Positions 1 through 13,229 of a DNA stretch of 64,000 bases are shown in pieces (position 1 is the first letter of the stretch; the number at the start of each line of letters is the position of its first letter). Location: the NCBI GenBank assembly GCA_002104905.1, contig MCFE01000108.1, positions 104,835 through 168,834 of the forward strand, given 5' to 3'. The position numbers and the translations under genes are program-made. The stretch comes from Basidiobolus meristosporus CBS 931.73 (Eukaryota > Fungi > Basidiobolomycota). The notes under the pieces are model-generated. The model worked only from the letters and a program-made list of their open reading frames with translations. It had not been told where the DNA came from and made no database searches.

Positions 1-2860
1 TAATTACTTCTTTGAAGTTGATTGAATGTACATTTTCTTCTTGATTGATCAATACAGTATCAGATAATACCATAGGTTGTTTGGTGGCTACTGTTAGAGT
101 GCCTGTACTGACTTGGATAGATGCTGCTTCAGCTTCATAGACAGCCAATTACAAGTTTCAACAATGGAAGCACTGCTGCATATATACTGCTATGTCTGAC
201 AGTTGAGCTAAGGTTTCATGACTCCTCTGAGCTTGCTGGCCTGGAAGCTTCATACAAGTGGCTCCATGGAGCATATATGCATTGCCAGATAGTCCAAATA
301 TAGCCTACATTAATTTTGGCTCCATTAAGAAGTATCCTAATTTGCAGTAGTAGTATTTTGTCAATTTTTTCTTCTTTTTCTTTTTTGGCTGGTGACTCAG
401 GGAAAACTCCTTTGATGGGATGACTCTGGACTTCCTTGCTTGTAGGACTATGTTGTATCCAAGTAGAGAAATACTCCTGACATTATTGGTACAGAATATT
501 TGACTACCTGTGAGTGAGCTAATCAAAACTTGTATATGCTTAGATCAACCATTACCTCTTGAAGAGCTGACCAGATTTGATCAAATAAGCTCCATTTGAG
601 ATCTAGTTTCATCAGTACAATAATATTGTACTTCAGCTGGGCAGTATTCTCAGTAGTAGAGCTTGATGGTGATGTGATCAATTGCGATGTTTCAGAACTG
701 ACCCAAAGAAACTGCATATCCCCAATTTTAATCTCCTACAGCATTAAATGATATATATAATAACACATATAGAGTACTGTGGTAATGGAAAGTATTCCAT
801 TACTACAATATCTCAAAACCAATAGTGCACTCATTTCTTTATTTTGCTTTTGCTGTTGTAACACACAGGTGAAAGATCAAGAATTTGCCGCTTTGAAGGG
901 CAAGTACTCCAGACCCTGACAAGCAATTCACCCAGGAGTATTATGTCATACAGAACACAAAGTAGCCAGCACATGATTCAAATTGCTGCTCATTTGGAGC
1001 AGTATTTGAGGAGTTATGTCCAAAAGAGTCCAATTATTATATATACTAGGTCTCTATTGCTAAGATTACTATAATGACTTTGATTGCGTGTAACTTTTGA
1101 ACCAGCCAATCAAATCACATGAAATCTTGACAGGCCCTGCGCCTATGTCCAATCTACGCTACTGCAAAAGTTTAGCTTTGTATCACATGTATTGCTTGCA
1201 CAATTGCTCAAAAACTTTGATCCTTCAGAAATTTCATATATATGACTTCCCCAGCTGAAAAATAAAGGAGAGCCTCTCTTTCCAGAATCTCCACACTACA
1301 ATTACCAGTTTAAAGGTTATAAGACTTCCCCTGCATCACTTGCACCGTTGAGTATTCTGACTTTGATTGGTACTACTTCAGTAAAGAGACTGCAAAGCTC
1401 ACAAGAATCCAATCTAGGTTCTACAAGAAACTACTACTTCTCTGTTGGAAAAGTCTCCTCTAAGAAGCCCCTTTACCCTAAAGACACCCCTTTATGCACC
1501 CCTTTAGACACCTCCTTAGGTCTAAAGACCCCTCTAGAGACTTCTTCAACACACCCCTTTAGGTTAAAGGGGAGCTCATAATTTCCATATTAGGAAATAT
1601 TTTCTCACAAGGGAAAGCGCCTTCCAAATCAGGAAAATTTATTATAAAAGTAAATAAGCCCATTAGCCAACAGAAGGTCAGAACACTGCTGTTGAAGTGA
1701 GAAACACTGCTTATAGTATATTTTGAGCCTAAGATTGAGGATATTAGTGAAAGTTATATCTTCTATTGGTGTATCAAACTCCCAATAAACTTTTTCAGTA
1801 TTAGCATACTGGAAGTTGTTGTGTATTGTTGATTAGCCTCTACATTGTTGAACAAGCCCTAAACTAATCATAATACAACACAACAGTACCTTCTATCTTC
1901 TGAGTGCTCTTGGGTGTGTGCAGGCCAGCTTTTGATTAGTTGTGTACTCTTTTCAGCCTTGCTGTTAGTTGCTTTGCTCTTTTTGACTGTAGGTAGAGCT
2001 CACTTGCATTGATTTTGTTAAATTTGTATAAAACTCTCTCACACTGTTTGGATTCTAGAATAGAGTGATAGCATGTCTAAAAGCTCCTTTTTATCTCCTG
2101 ATATACTAGCTTCTGTATCAACACACTTGATATTTATTCCATTTTTCCAATCAATCATGCTTTACATATCCATGCTCAAGAAGGATATCTTATGGACTGT
2201 ATACTGGTAGGATTGTTATAATTCTGGAGATTTATTTGGGAGATCTTCTTCCATCATTAGCTAGTCCAAGATGGCAGCTAACAGCTCCAGTGCTTGCCTT
2301 CTCAGTCTTATTCTCAGTGGCAACAGATTTTGGTAGAATTCTACTCTGGCAATCACTGAATAGTGTTCTATTTTTCTGTATTTCAGGACAGTATCCTATC
2401 AAAAAGCTTACTTAACAGTCTATTAGGGTCATATGAATAGATGTATAAATGTTTTGCATTGAATTTCTAGACCTCATTTGCAGAAGTTACTCTGTTTTAC
2501 TCAGTCAGAGTAAAGTACTAACATTCCACACCCTATGAGGAATTACTGAGATGATCCTGTCCAAAGGCCATCCCAAAGTTAAAGTCCCATGACTAAGAGG
2601 TACTGATCATGTTGGGACACCATCCAGAGACCATTGAAAAATAATTGCACCCCATATTTCACAACAAACTTGGTCAAAACTTTTCATCACAACAATGTAC
2701 AAGTGGCTTTTGATTGGTTCCCTGCCAATTTGCTCACTTTCTGATCCTGGACACTCTATTGCCTCCTACAATTGTGTGAATTGATTGGCTATTGCCTCTT
2801 TCTCACACTCCTTACTTTCTGACTCAACTGTTTGTCTTACTTTTCATGCATATGAATTGA
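1..2860. repeat. Unclassified, CpG-depleted decayed repeat DNA
   Basis: Near absence of CpG, no recognisable intact ORF, and a short tandem motif (ACACCCCTTTAG-like) at about 1470-1575. Family not identifiable. Confidence 0.45.
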
Positions 2861-2861
2861 T

Positions 2862-4938
2862 TTATTGCTGTTGAAGCTTTAGTTGTACCACAATTGCCAA
2901 TTGTATTGATCTATACAGGTCTCCATACCCTACACTAACATTATGCCCAACCCCATACTCAACAAGTAATTCCATTAAAATCCACCACTCAATAAGTATT
3001 TCTGCTGTAACGCTCTGGTTCCACAACTTTGGCAGGAACTCAATGGCTTTATGCCACTGTTCATTCACCGGTTCCCACACATCCTGGTTTTCAGCCAGCA
3101 CTGCAAGGTCTAACTCCTCATCTGCCAGATTTTGCAATAAATCCGTGCAATATTCCAGTGCATTTTCTTGAGCACTGCTCTTGAAGATGTGCTGCAACAT
3201 CTGGTTGTGCCTATCAATGTTCCAAGCTCCACTGAAGGCATTGTGATAGTCTTTTGAGCTCTTGATGTTGTAGCCTTGTCTGTCAGTGGGACCTCCACCT
3301 TGTCAACAATGGAGGCTGTGGAAGCTGCGGAGGCTGTGGTAGATAAATTGCCTTTTTCAGTAAACTCATCTACCATGCTGGAATGTAGCTCAACTGGCTG
3401 TGCTTCCGATTCTTGTGAAAACAGCATATTTCTTGTTGGTAATTCTTCTTGGCTATGATGGGTTTCAGTCTGTTCCTTGCTTGCCACGTAAATTGGCCAG
3501 AACTGCAGTCTTTTTTGCACGCCTCCCTGTTTCAGGCTTGGGTAGACATTTTTCCCTTTACCTTTTCCTTTATCACTACTGAGTGTCTCACTGCTACTTT
3601 GTCTGAGTGCTACTTGTAAAAAACTACACTTTCTCCTGGATAAATTCTGCTTTGATGCATCTGTTTTGGCCTGCCTGTCCCTTGCAGGCACTCTTCTGGC
3701 AACCTGATGTTTCTTTTCTGCTTGTTTTGAGCTCTCAACTGTAGTTGTGACAGGCTCCTGTAAAAGAGGCTGGTTTCTATCACTGCAAGGTCCTTCACTG
3801 CTACTTTGACTGGGTGCTTCTTGAGTGGCACTATGCTTTTTCCTTGATAAATGTTGTGCTGGTGCATCCATGTCTGCCTGCTTGTCCCTAATTGGCACTC
3901 TCCCAGCTGTCTGATGTCTCTTTGACACTTGTCTGGAGCTTTTGGCCCTGCTTGTAACAAGCTCTTGAGGAAGCAGCTGGTTTTTAGCCATGGCACCCAT
4001 GCTCTTCTGCCTTTGATAGCTACTGCTATTCTCAAGATACTTTCTTTGCATACCAAGGCTGGCCCAAAATCTGTTTGCCTGTTTGAAACCAGGATAATGC
4101 TCATGGAAAAAGTCAGTGCATTCTACTTGGCCTTGAGTTCCTAATGTTACCATGGTATGCTGGCCTTAAGGTGATGGCGTGCTAGACTTCTGACAGCCTC
4201 TTGTATATTAGCCCACTCTTCATTATTGCACTAAACAGCTTCATGGATCTTCAATGTTTTTTGATCTTTATGCTTTGGTGTAAACACCACATTGTCTCCC
4301 TCCCATGCTATGCTAGATTTTTCTGTGGGCTTTATCTTTGGGCACTGTGGTTGCGCTTCAAAGACTGTATGTTGTTCCTCTGCTGCTACATTGGGAAATG
4401 GCTCAATTCTTGGCTGTGACATTGACCTACTGGAGTACCCTCTTTGCAGCAAAGATACTGCTTTCTCTACCTGGGATATTGATTGCTCTACATGTATTAT
4501 CTGCTCATCCTGTTTCTGGACTATTTTCTGATTTCTCTGGGCCATTGCATCTATCCTATCTGCCACTGCACCTAATTGCTTCATTAATGCTTTGGTATGA
4601 GCTGACAACAGACTTGCTAATATGGGAGGTGGTGATGTTATCATGGCCACTTGCTGATCTTCAACTGAGGGTACTATGCTTGCTACATTCCCATCTGCCT
4701 GAGCATAATGGTCAGCTTGTGGCTTCACAGAGGTTCTCAATTGCCTACTTGACTGAGAGCCTGAGGAGTCTGCATTGTTACCTTCAATGGGCACACTGTC
4801 CACAGGGCCTGTTTTGGATGTAGCCCTGCTTGTTGCACTGAATGTCAAAGCAAGCTGTTGTCCAACCATTCTTCTGTTGCCATCAGCAGCAGGGTTTGGT
4901 TGAGAACCAGACAACTTTGCTTTATTTTTTGGTTGCAT
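2862..4938 (-). pseudogene. Disrupted accessory ORF of the CACTA-like element (Ser/Gln-rich, no recognised domain)
   Basis: Consecutive long minus-strand ORFs of 235, 347 and 112 aa in CpG-depleted DNA, next to a transposase. The 5' part is homologous to 42390-42830. Confidence 0.5.
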
Positions 4939-5559
4939 ATAAATGGAAGTGAGTCATGCCAAAGTGGAAATAGTGCTACATACACATATGTATGGGGTAC
5001 CACAACTTTATTTTTAATGCTTACTATGGCAGGTCTGCATTAAATCTTACATTCATGTAGGTGCAATGTCTCAAATACAAGACTGTCTTAAGTTCACATG
5101 AGTACTGACCAAAAATGATATAATAGTGTTACATTGCTGAAGGTCAAACTGTTTGCCCCATGAACAAGACTACTTTGGCTCAACACTGTAAGAGAAGAGA
5201 AAAAACACAATGTGGCTATTGTGGCAAGCCTCTCAGCCATGAAGCATGCAGACAGCATAGGAAGTATTACAAGGATCATGGCCAGTGTTTTGCCACCTAA
5301 GTCATATTTGACCATTCATTGGTCACTACTGTACCAACATTATCTTGCCAGCCAGTTGATACTTTTATATTGGAACCTGGCTGTCTTTGTCACCTTGCAC
5401 AAACTGAGTCAGGTGAGTGTGTGACGCCTTTAGGCTTACCTCAGCCTTCTGAGCATGGCCGGCAGAGTGATAGCTCTGACAAAGAAGGTTCACTGATGGA
5501 TTTTGTGCCTATCTCCACTTACAACAGTACCATATATGAGCCCAGTCAAGTCCCATATG

Positions 5560-7095
5560 CAATGTGACAACACCCATTGAATCAAATGCCAAGGATACTA
5601 TATGGTGCCAAGTGAGTCCAGTAGTTCATCTACTGGTGAATGATATATTGTTGTGGCAGGAGAAGTGGCATATTTCCACTAATATCAGTAATGGGGCTTT
5701 GAGAATTTATTACTGTTTCTTGCCAAAATCATACCAGGATGCAACTCACCATGTACATGGTACAAGAGGACAACCATCATGTGGCTGGCAACACATGATC
5801 CAGAGACTGCCCTGATTCCAGCATGTGTCAACAGCTGCATGGCACTCACATCCAAAAATGCTACCATTGGAACATGTCCAAATTGTCAGGAATCCATCAC
5901 CATTGTGGGAAAACATTGTTAACACTCCAGATATATTCCCATCATTTCCTGTCTGAGGAAGCTGATGCGGTCCAACAAATATTGCAAAGCTATACAGTAC
6001 TGCACTCAGTATCAATCAAGTGCAAACATATCTGATATATTCAGTGGCAAACATTACAAACAGCTAAGAAGCAAGGGCTACTTTGAAGGTATATATGACA
6101 TGCCTTTGCTTTAGAACTTGATGGATTCTCATTAAACAAGTACTCTACCAGCAAATCCTGCTGGCCACTGGTTCTCATCAATCTGAGTCTGCTGCCCATC
6201 TTATGGTATCAGAGCAATAAACCAATGGTAGTATAACTGGTATCTGGGCCTAAATCACCGTCCAATCAGGATAGCTACCTGTATCCATTGCTGGATAAAT
6301 TTTGTATGCTTTCCAGAGGGAAAATGGTAAGTGGCCATCATGTAAAAGTGCATATTACTATCTGCACTGGAGATACCCCAGCCATCAGCAAGATAGCAGG
6401 TTTTTCTGGGTACAATGGACGGTATTGCTGCTGAATGTGTGAGATCCAGGGGATATACTCCATAGCTCACACACATTAACATTACCCAAACACCAGCACT
6501 AAGAACACCATCTTTCCACAGAGTGAATGTGCAGAAGTAAGCATGCAATTGCAGCAAAATTGGCACGCTATAAGCCATTGGCCAGAATATGGAATCAATT
6601 GGAAGTTGGAGATACTCAAGATTGAGGGTATCAGTGGGAGCAAAAGCTTTCTACTGGGAGCAATGCATTTGCTTTTCAACAATATCCCTATACTGATGGC
6701 TAAGTTGGTCATGGGGCATTTCAAGCTTAATGAGCCCTTTGAGATACCAGAGAAATTTGGAAGAATTGGCAAGATATTACAGAGTATCCACTACCCTAAG
6801 TACTTCTCATGGGCTCCAATTAATATCCATATGCATATGTGACAATACAAATGCAAAGACTGGATGAGCTGGATATGTATTTATTCAGGAGGTGTTCTGA
6901 AGCCATTCCTACCAAGAGTACATTGTAAGCATTGGGCAAGCTTGGGGCTCATAGCCTGTTGCAATACTCTGAGGAGTATTGGTAGTGATGTGGAGAACTA
7001 GAGGCTTCACATGATATTCACTTATGGATTTATTGAGCACAAATATTGTGTTTATGGTTTTAATAGAATATACTAGAAGATACATCAAATCTGTT
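5560..7095 (+). mobile_element. CACTA/En-Spm (Transposase_21-like) transposase remnant with stops and frameshifts
   Basis: Manual translation gives ACVNSCMALTSKNATIGTCPNCQE, ELDGFSLNK..SCWPLVLINLSLLP, GPKSPSNQDSYLYPLLDKF, TGDTPAISKIAGFSGYNGRYCC*MCEIQG and GAMHLLFNNI, matching conserved CACTA transposase blocks. Confidence 0.8.
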
Positions 7096-7099
7096 AAGG

Positions 7100-8683
7100 A
7101 GGCTCCCAAGAATACATGTGCAAGGTTGGGGTTCTCTTAGACAACTTTGGGAAAGGTCATAATCCAGGTACCAGATAACTTGGTGAAAGTATTCTATGCA
7201 AATCCTGGCAAGAAATTTGGTCAGGACAGAATGCTAATCACTGAATAAGACTTCAGTGACTAATTGGTATGGATATATAGGTGACAGACTAATAAATACT
7301 ACAATTTGGACTATTTATGGAAATTTCATGATATTGGTACTTAATATGTTGGTAAGAATACTCAACTATCTGCCATCAAGGAATTTGATCAGATTCTCCA
7401 ATATTTGTAGGTAATGAAGTGACTAAGTTAGGTGATTTTTTATGCTCAATTACAAATGTTAGTATGATCTCAATTAACCAAATACCCATATTGACTAATC
7501 GTAATCTTGATCCAAGGTATTCAAATTGTATCTAGCTAATGATATGGCTAATATATCTGCAAGCATCTCATTTGCAGGATAGTAGACCAAGTTGACTAAG
7601 TCTTTCTATACAGCTTCTCATAGGAAATGAAATACTTTATATATGTGCAGAGCTCTAGTATGCAAAGCTCACTTTCTACCAATTTGCTTGCATCCTTAAT
7701 ATCATGATATAAAGTAGCCAGAGCATCTTGCCATACCCCCAAGTCTTTAAACAGCTTTCATAACCTCATTGCTTCTTTTTTAGCCTCTTAGACTGCCATA
7801 TACTCTGTCTGACAGGTGGTAAATACCAGAGTTGACTACTCTCTTGAGTTCCATGATATTGCATCTTTACAATGCCTAGAGAAAAAGAATAACAAATGGA
7901 CAGAACAAAATCTTGATATTTTCAGTTGAATTTCAAGTTTCTCAATCCTTACAGCTCTCAATAACTCAAGTACTAGCATTTGAGAAGACAAACAGACATA
8001 TTCTCAAGGAAGAATTTAGCAAAACTAGCCTTTGTGCATGACTTGGCAATTAGCCAACCATTAATTCAATCAAAATCAGCAATTGAATATTTGAACAAGA
8101 AGAATCAGCTGAATACCAACAGAATATCACCAGAATACAAGCTGAAAATCACATTTTTCTCATGCTTGAGATTTTTCATAGTGAGTAAACCAGAGTGTAT
8201 CCTGTGGTGGAACTTTTATTTTTAGATTACATCACAAATCAGCAGCAAAGTATTCCACAAGAAAATGTTTTGAGACCTCTTTGGCAATCATTAAGCAGAT
8301 ATTAGCAGTTCCATTTTAATATCTGAGACTCTGCTTAACAGCTGCAATATCATTAGATCCATAGCTACAATTATGCTGACTGACAACTTATGCTCAATAT
8401 GAGATATTTAAGTGTGTTCCAAGTGTGGCTCACATTGATCTGCTGAATGTAGATTGGAGGGGACTATGGGCATTCAGATGGCACTAAACTCTCTTGATTT
8501 GGTAGAATTTTGAGCAAGCTGAGGCTTGTCTCCACTTGGGTAGCTGCTAGCTTAGATTCCTCCATTTAGCACTTCTGATATATATCTTAAATAAGCATAG
8601 ACTGGGATAGGGTATTTATCTAGGTACTTCTGGCTCTGGAGATCCGTATCCCAAAGTAATGAGTATCTTACAAGTCTTGATAC
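7100..8683 (-). mobile_element. Older Ty1/Copia remnant (degenerate LTR plus RNase H/RT 3' part), cut off by the younger copy
   Basis: 7100-7460 resembles the LTR at 8684-9032. 8400-8683 is homologous to the RT region at about 9650-9940. Confidence 0.75.
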
Positions 8684-9032
8684 TGTTGTAAGAGTCTTGG
8701 AGATATTGGAAGTGATTGGGAGGACAAGTAGATTATGTGGTTTTCACTTCAAGATTTATTGAATGTAAAAGTAGTATTTATACTTTTACATGGTTTTGGC
8801 ATAACAAACATGTAGAATAGATTAAGGAAGATCCCAAGAGCATGTGTGCTAAGTTTGGGGCTGTTTGGATTGCATTGAGAATTCTCATGTTCTGGGTACC
8901 GGGTATTATGGTGAAAATATTTTAACTAAATCCCAACAAGGAACTTGGTCAGTACTCTCTAGGATTAGAAGGTAATGATCTAAGTGACTAAGTTAGAAGA
9001 ATATTTTGGTGGGATTACAAACTTTTACAACA
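8684..9032 (-). repeat. 3' LTR of the Copia element
   Basis: TGTTGTA...TACAACA ends, adjacent to the polypurine tract; direct repeat of 12784-13129. Confidence 0.9.
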
Positions 9033-12000
9033 CTCCCACTCAGCTAAATGTTCATACTGACTAGTCCTAATTTTGACCCAAGATATTCAAGCTTATCTCT
9101 AGCTAATGGTTTGGTAAATATGTCTGCAATCATTTCATCTGTAGGACAATAAACTAAGCTAACTAAGCTCTTCTCTATAGCTTCATTTATGAAATGATGT
9201 CTAATATCTGTGTGCATAGTTCTAGCATGAAAAGTTGGATTTCTACCTCATTGTAAACATCTGTGATTATCTTGAAACAAAGTAATAGGCATATTTTGAC
9301 ATAGGCCTGAACCGGTAAAAAGCTTTCTTAAGCACATTTTTCTGTTGTAGCCTGACAGGCTGCCATGTACTCTGCCTCTGTGGCAGAAAGTGCTATGGTT
9401 GGCTGCTTTCTTGAATCTCATGAAATTGCTCCTTTACAGTAATGAAAGGTGGATCCTGTGGTGGATCTTCTGTCTTCTATATTTTGCCCACAATCAGCAT
9501 CAGAGTATCCCACAAGATCCTGTTCTGAATCCTTGTAGGTGTATCTTAAGCAAATATCAGCGGTTCCTTGTAGATATCTAAAAATCCACTTAACTGCTGC
9601 AATATGATCATATCCATAGTTCTAATTATGCTGGCTAACAACTCTCACGGGATATGAGATATCTGGACATGTTCCAAGCATAATATACATCACACTGCTG
9701 ATCCTAGATTGATAGGGAAAGTCAGTGCTTTCAGATGGCACCAAGCTCTCTTGATTTAGTTGAGTTTTGACCAAGTTAAGGTTTGTCTCCATTGGGGTAG
9801 CAGCTAGTTTACAGTCTTCTATTTGGTACTTCTTTAGTATATCTTGAATATACTTGGATTGGCTTAGGGTAATAGTCTGGGTACATCTGTCTATGGGGAA
9901 CTTAATCCCTAAGTAGTAACTGAGTTCTCCTAGATTGGACATCTTGAACACATTATATAGGCTGTATTTAGCCTCTTCCAATGTTACTAGGTTATTGGTG
10001 GCTATAATAAGATCATCCACATATAGAGCAAATAGAACTGGATTTGCTCTATCTGGCATATAATATATACTATGGTCAGCATTACTTCTTTTGAAACTTA
10101 AAGATTCAAATAAGAATATATCTTGCAATTCCAGGCTCTTGGTGATTGTTTGAGACCATATAGTGACTTTTTAAGCTTGCAGCCCCAATGGGAGTTATCT
10201 TGGTCAACAAGTCCATCAGGCTGGTCCATATACATGTCCTCATCAAGTTCTTTGTTTAAAAATGCAGTTTTTACATCCATTTGATGAATAAATGACTTGT
10301 ATTTGGCTGCAATAGCCAATATTAATCTGATGGAATTAAACTTGGCTACCAGTGCAAAGGTCTCAGTATATGTAAGTTCTTTTGTTTGAGAGTATCCATT
10401 GGCCACAAGTCTTGCTTTGTATCTTTCAACTTTACCATCAGCCTTGTATCTTGTCTTGAAGACCCATCTGCATCCAATTAATTTTTGGTTTATTGGTAAT
10501 TTGACCAAGTCCCAAGTTTGATTTTTCATCAGGGCCTAATGTTCCTCAGCCATTGCAGATCTCCAAAACTTTGTCTGAGGGCTATTTAGGGCCTCTTTTA
10601 CGGTCTGGGGTTAATCAATATGGACTGAATAGGCATAGGCTAAGTTTGTACCCTCATTGATATAATAATCTGGGCTATTTCTTGTCCAATTGGATATCCT
10701 GGCATTTGATACTGGAATGATCACTTTTGAAATATTCCTGGGCACTGATTCTGGCTGAACCATGGCTTTAGAGTCTGCAGGAGTGAAAGAACCTTCATTG
10801 TTTTGCTCCAAGTCAATCCTGACAATTGGTGGACTTGAAATCAGATTTTTGTCATCATCTGATATCATTTTTTGTGAAAATTCTAAATTTTCATCATACA
10901 ACACATCCCTGCATGCATTTTACCCTTTTTGGTTCAAATTTTGACTTATTTCTGGGCAGTTTCTTGCCATATGCTGTACACCTGAATATTCTTAGATGTT
11001 CTGCACTTAGTCTGTATCTATACCATACTTCAAATGGAGTAGAACCACAAAGTATTCTGATATAACTCCTACTTTTAAGATATACAGCAGTGGCAACTGA
11101 TTCTGCCCAAAAATCATAGGATAATATTTGATCATGGATCAGATATCATGCCATATCAATTATTGATCTGTTAGCACATTCTGCTACTCCAGTTTACTGA
11201 GCTTCTTCCTTTCTCTCCATGAAGTAGACCCATGTGTATCTTGTATAATAATCAATAAGTGTGACTAAAAACTTCATCCTGCCTAAGGATAAATTTTGCA
11301 TAAGTTCATACAGATCTGAGTGAATTAGATCTAATTTTTTCTTGGTTTTGATCAGCCCAGAGCTCTTGAACGGTTGTCTGGCTTGTTTCCCATATATGCA
11401 GGCTTCACAGTGCTCCAAATTAGCTGGAGGACCAATTTTTACTCTAGAAATTAGCTGATCTTTGCTCATCTTGCACAAATAATCAAAATTGATGTGCCCA
11501 AATCTCCTGTGCCAAAGCATTGGTGTTTCTTCATTTAAGTTACTTTTATTGGCTTCCAGATATGATGGAATATAAGTCAGCTTGTATAGATTCTGATCTC
11601 TGATACCCAAAGCAATATGGGCACCATTTTGATCAGTGCTCTTGCATCCAGAATTGTCAAAGCTGAAACTGAGTCCTTCTGCAGTGGCCTTGCTTACAGA
11701 TAGTAGGTTCTTGGCTATTTCAGGTACATAGAGTACTTCTTTAAAGGTCAGTGTATGGCTTCCTTCACTGCTCTGAAGGTTTACTTGGATAGTTCCTTTT
11801 CCCACTTCATCAAGTGATCTATCATCACCCATGAAAACCTTATTAATTGGAATTTCTTGATATTGAGTAAAAAGCTCTTTTTGGTGTGTAAAGTGTTGAG
11901 ATGCTCCAGAATTAATGTACCACATCTGAGAATCCCTATTTGTGGTCATATTTAGTGCAGATATGAATAGTCTATCATCAGTTGTTGCAGCATTTCCATA

Positions 12001-12783
12001 TTCAGGCTTCTTTTACTGATTATCTCTGTTTTTGAGACACCAGTCTGATGTGTGTCCTTTCCTTTTGCAATAGTTGCAAAACAGGTTTCTGTTGCCTTTG
12101 CAGGGTCTTGGGTACCTCCTTTGTTGGTTATCATTGCTTATTAAAGCATTTTCTTCTTCCTTCTTATGGGCGCTTGATTTTCTTAATTCTTTATCCAAGA
12201 GCCTTCCATATACATAATTTAAGGTCAAATCTTCAGTTCTGGACTCTAAAGCTGATACAAGGCCCTGAAACCTGTCTGTCAGACTGTTTATGATGGTAAC
12301 TATCACTTCCTCATCAGTAGTTGGTATGCCCACAGATTTCATTTCATCTACCAGCAGAGTAATTCTGCTAATTAGATTTTTCATTTCTTCTCCTGGCTGC
12401 ATCTTTCTAGTAAATAATTTTTGTCTCAGATACATTTTCTTAGCAGCTGAGCATGACTGGTAGGTGTCTTCTAATGCCTTGCAGCATTCTTTGCCTTTTT
12501 TGCTTTTGAGCATTGAATTAGCAATTTGTCTTCAACATTAAGGTAAATGCAGTTAAAGGCACTTTGTTCTTTCTTCCAGTACTTCAAGGCTTCCTCTCCC
12601 ACGTTTTTAGGAGGGCATTCTTCTCCCATGAAAATATCCCAAAGGCCTCTTTCTTGTAGCAGCATCTTCATCTTCACCCTCCGCACCTGGTAGTTAGATC
12701 CATCCAACTTTTCAGCAGAGGGAAAAATTCCAGTAATAGCAGTAGTAGACATTGCAGAGAGTGACAGCTCAGAGCTCATAACC

Positions 12784-13129
12784 TGTTGTAAGAGTCTTGC
12801 AGATATTAGAAGTGACTGGGAGGATAAGTAGATTATGTGGTTTTCACTTAGTGATTTATTGAATGTAAAAGTAATACTTATACTTTTACATGGTCTTGGC
12901 ATAACAAAGATGTAGAATAGATTAAGAAAGATCCCAAGAACATGTGTGCAAGGTTTGGGGCTTTTTGGACAACTCTGAGAATTTTCATGTTCTGGGTACC
13001 TGGTATTTTGGTGAAAATATTCTAAGTATATCCCATAAAGGAATTTGGTCAGTATTCCCTAGGATTTGAAGGTAATTATCTAAGTGACTAAGTTAGGGGA
13101 ATATTTAGGTGGAAATACAAATTTTAACA
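12784..13129 (-). repeat. 5' LTR of the Copia element
   Basis: Direct repeat of 8684-9032, followed on the minus strand by GGTTATGAGCTC (PBS) and gag. Confidence 0.9.
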
Positions 13130-13229
13130 ATGATCCAACTTAGAAATTCAAGCATCGGATCATAAGATTTTTCCTACTAAAGCTGAGTGGGTTGTCCTAC
13201 ATCTTTTTCTTGTGGTACCAGTATCTTTA

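Larger units (their letters stand above)
8684..13129 (-). mobile_element. Near full-length Ty1/Copia LTR retrotransposon (gag-PR-IN-RT-RH), inactivated
   Basis: Two ~347 bp LTRs with TG..CA ends, a PBS GGTTATGAGC and a PPT TGAGTGGGAG. Gag has KLDGSNY and the knuckle CNYCKRKGHTSDWC. Protease is WYINSGAS, followed by LWHRRFGH and IHSDL (integrase). RT has KARLVANGYSQ, QMDVKTAFLN and YVDD. Confidence 0.95.

Noticed and set aside
1-720. hAT-like transposase C-terminus on the minus strand
   Set aside because: Only a vague PASSEES resemblance; insufficient to call.
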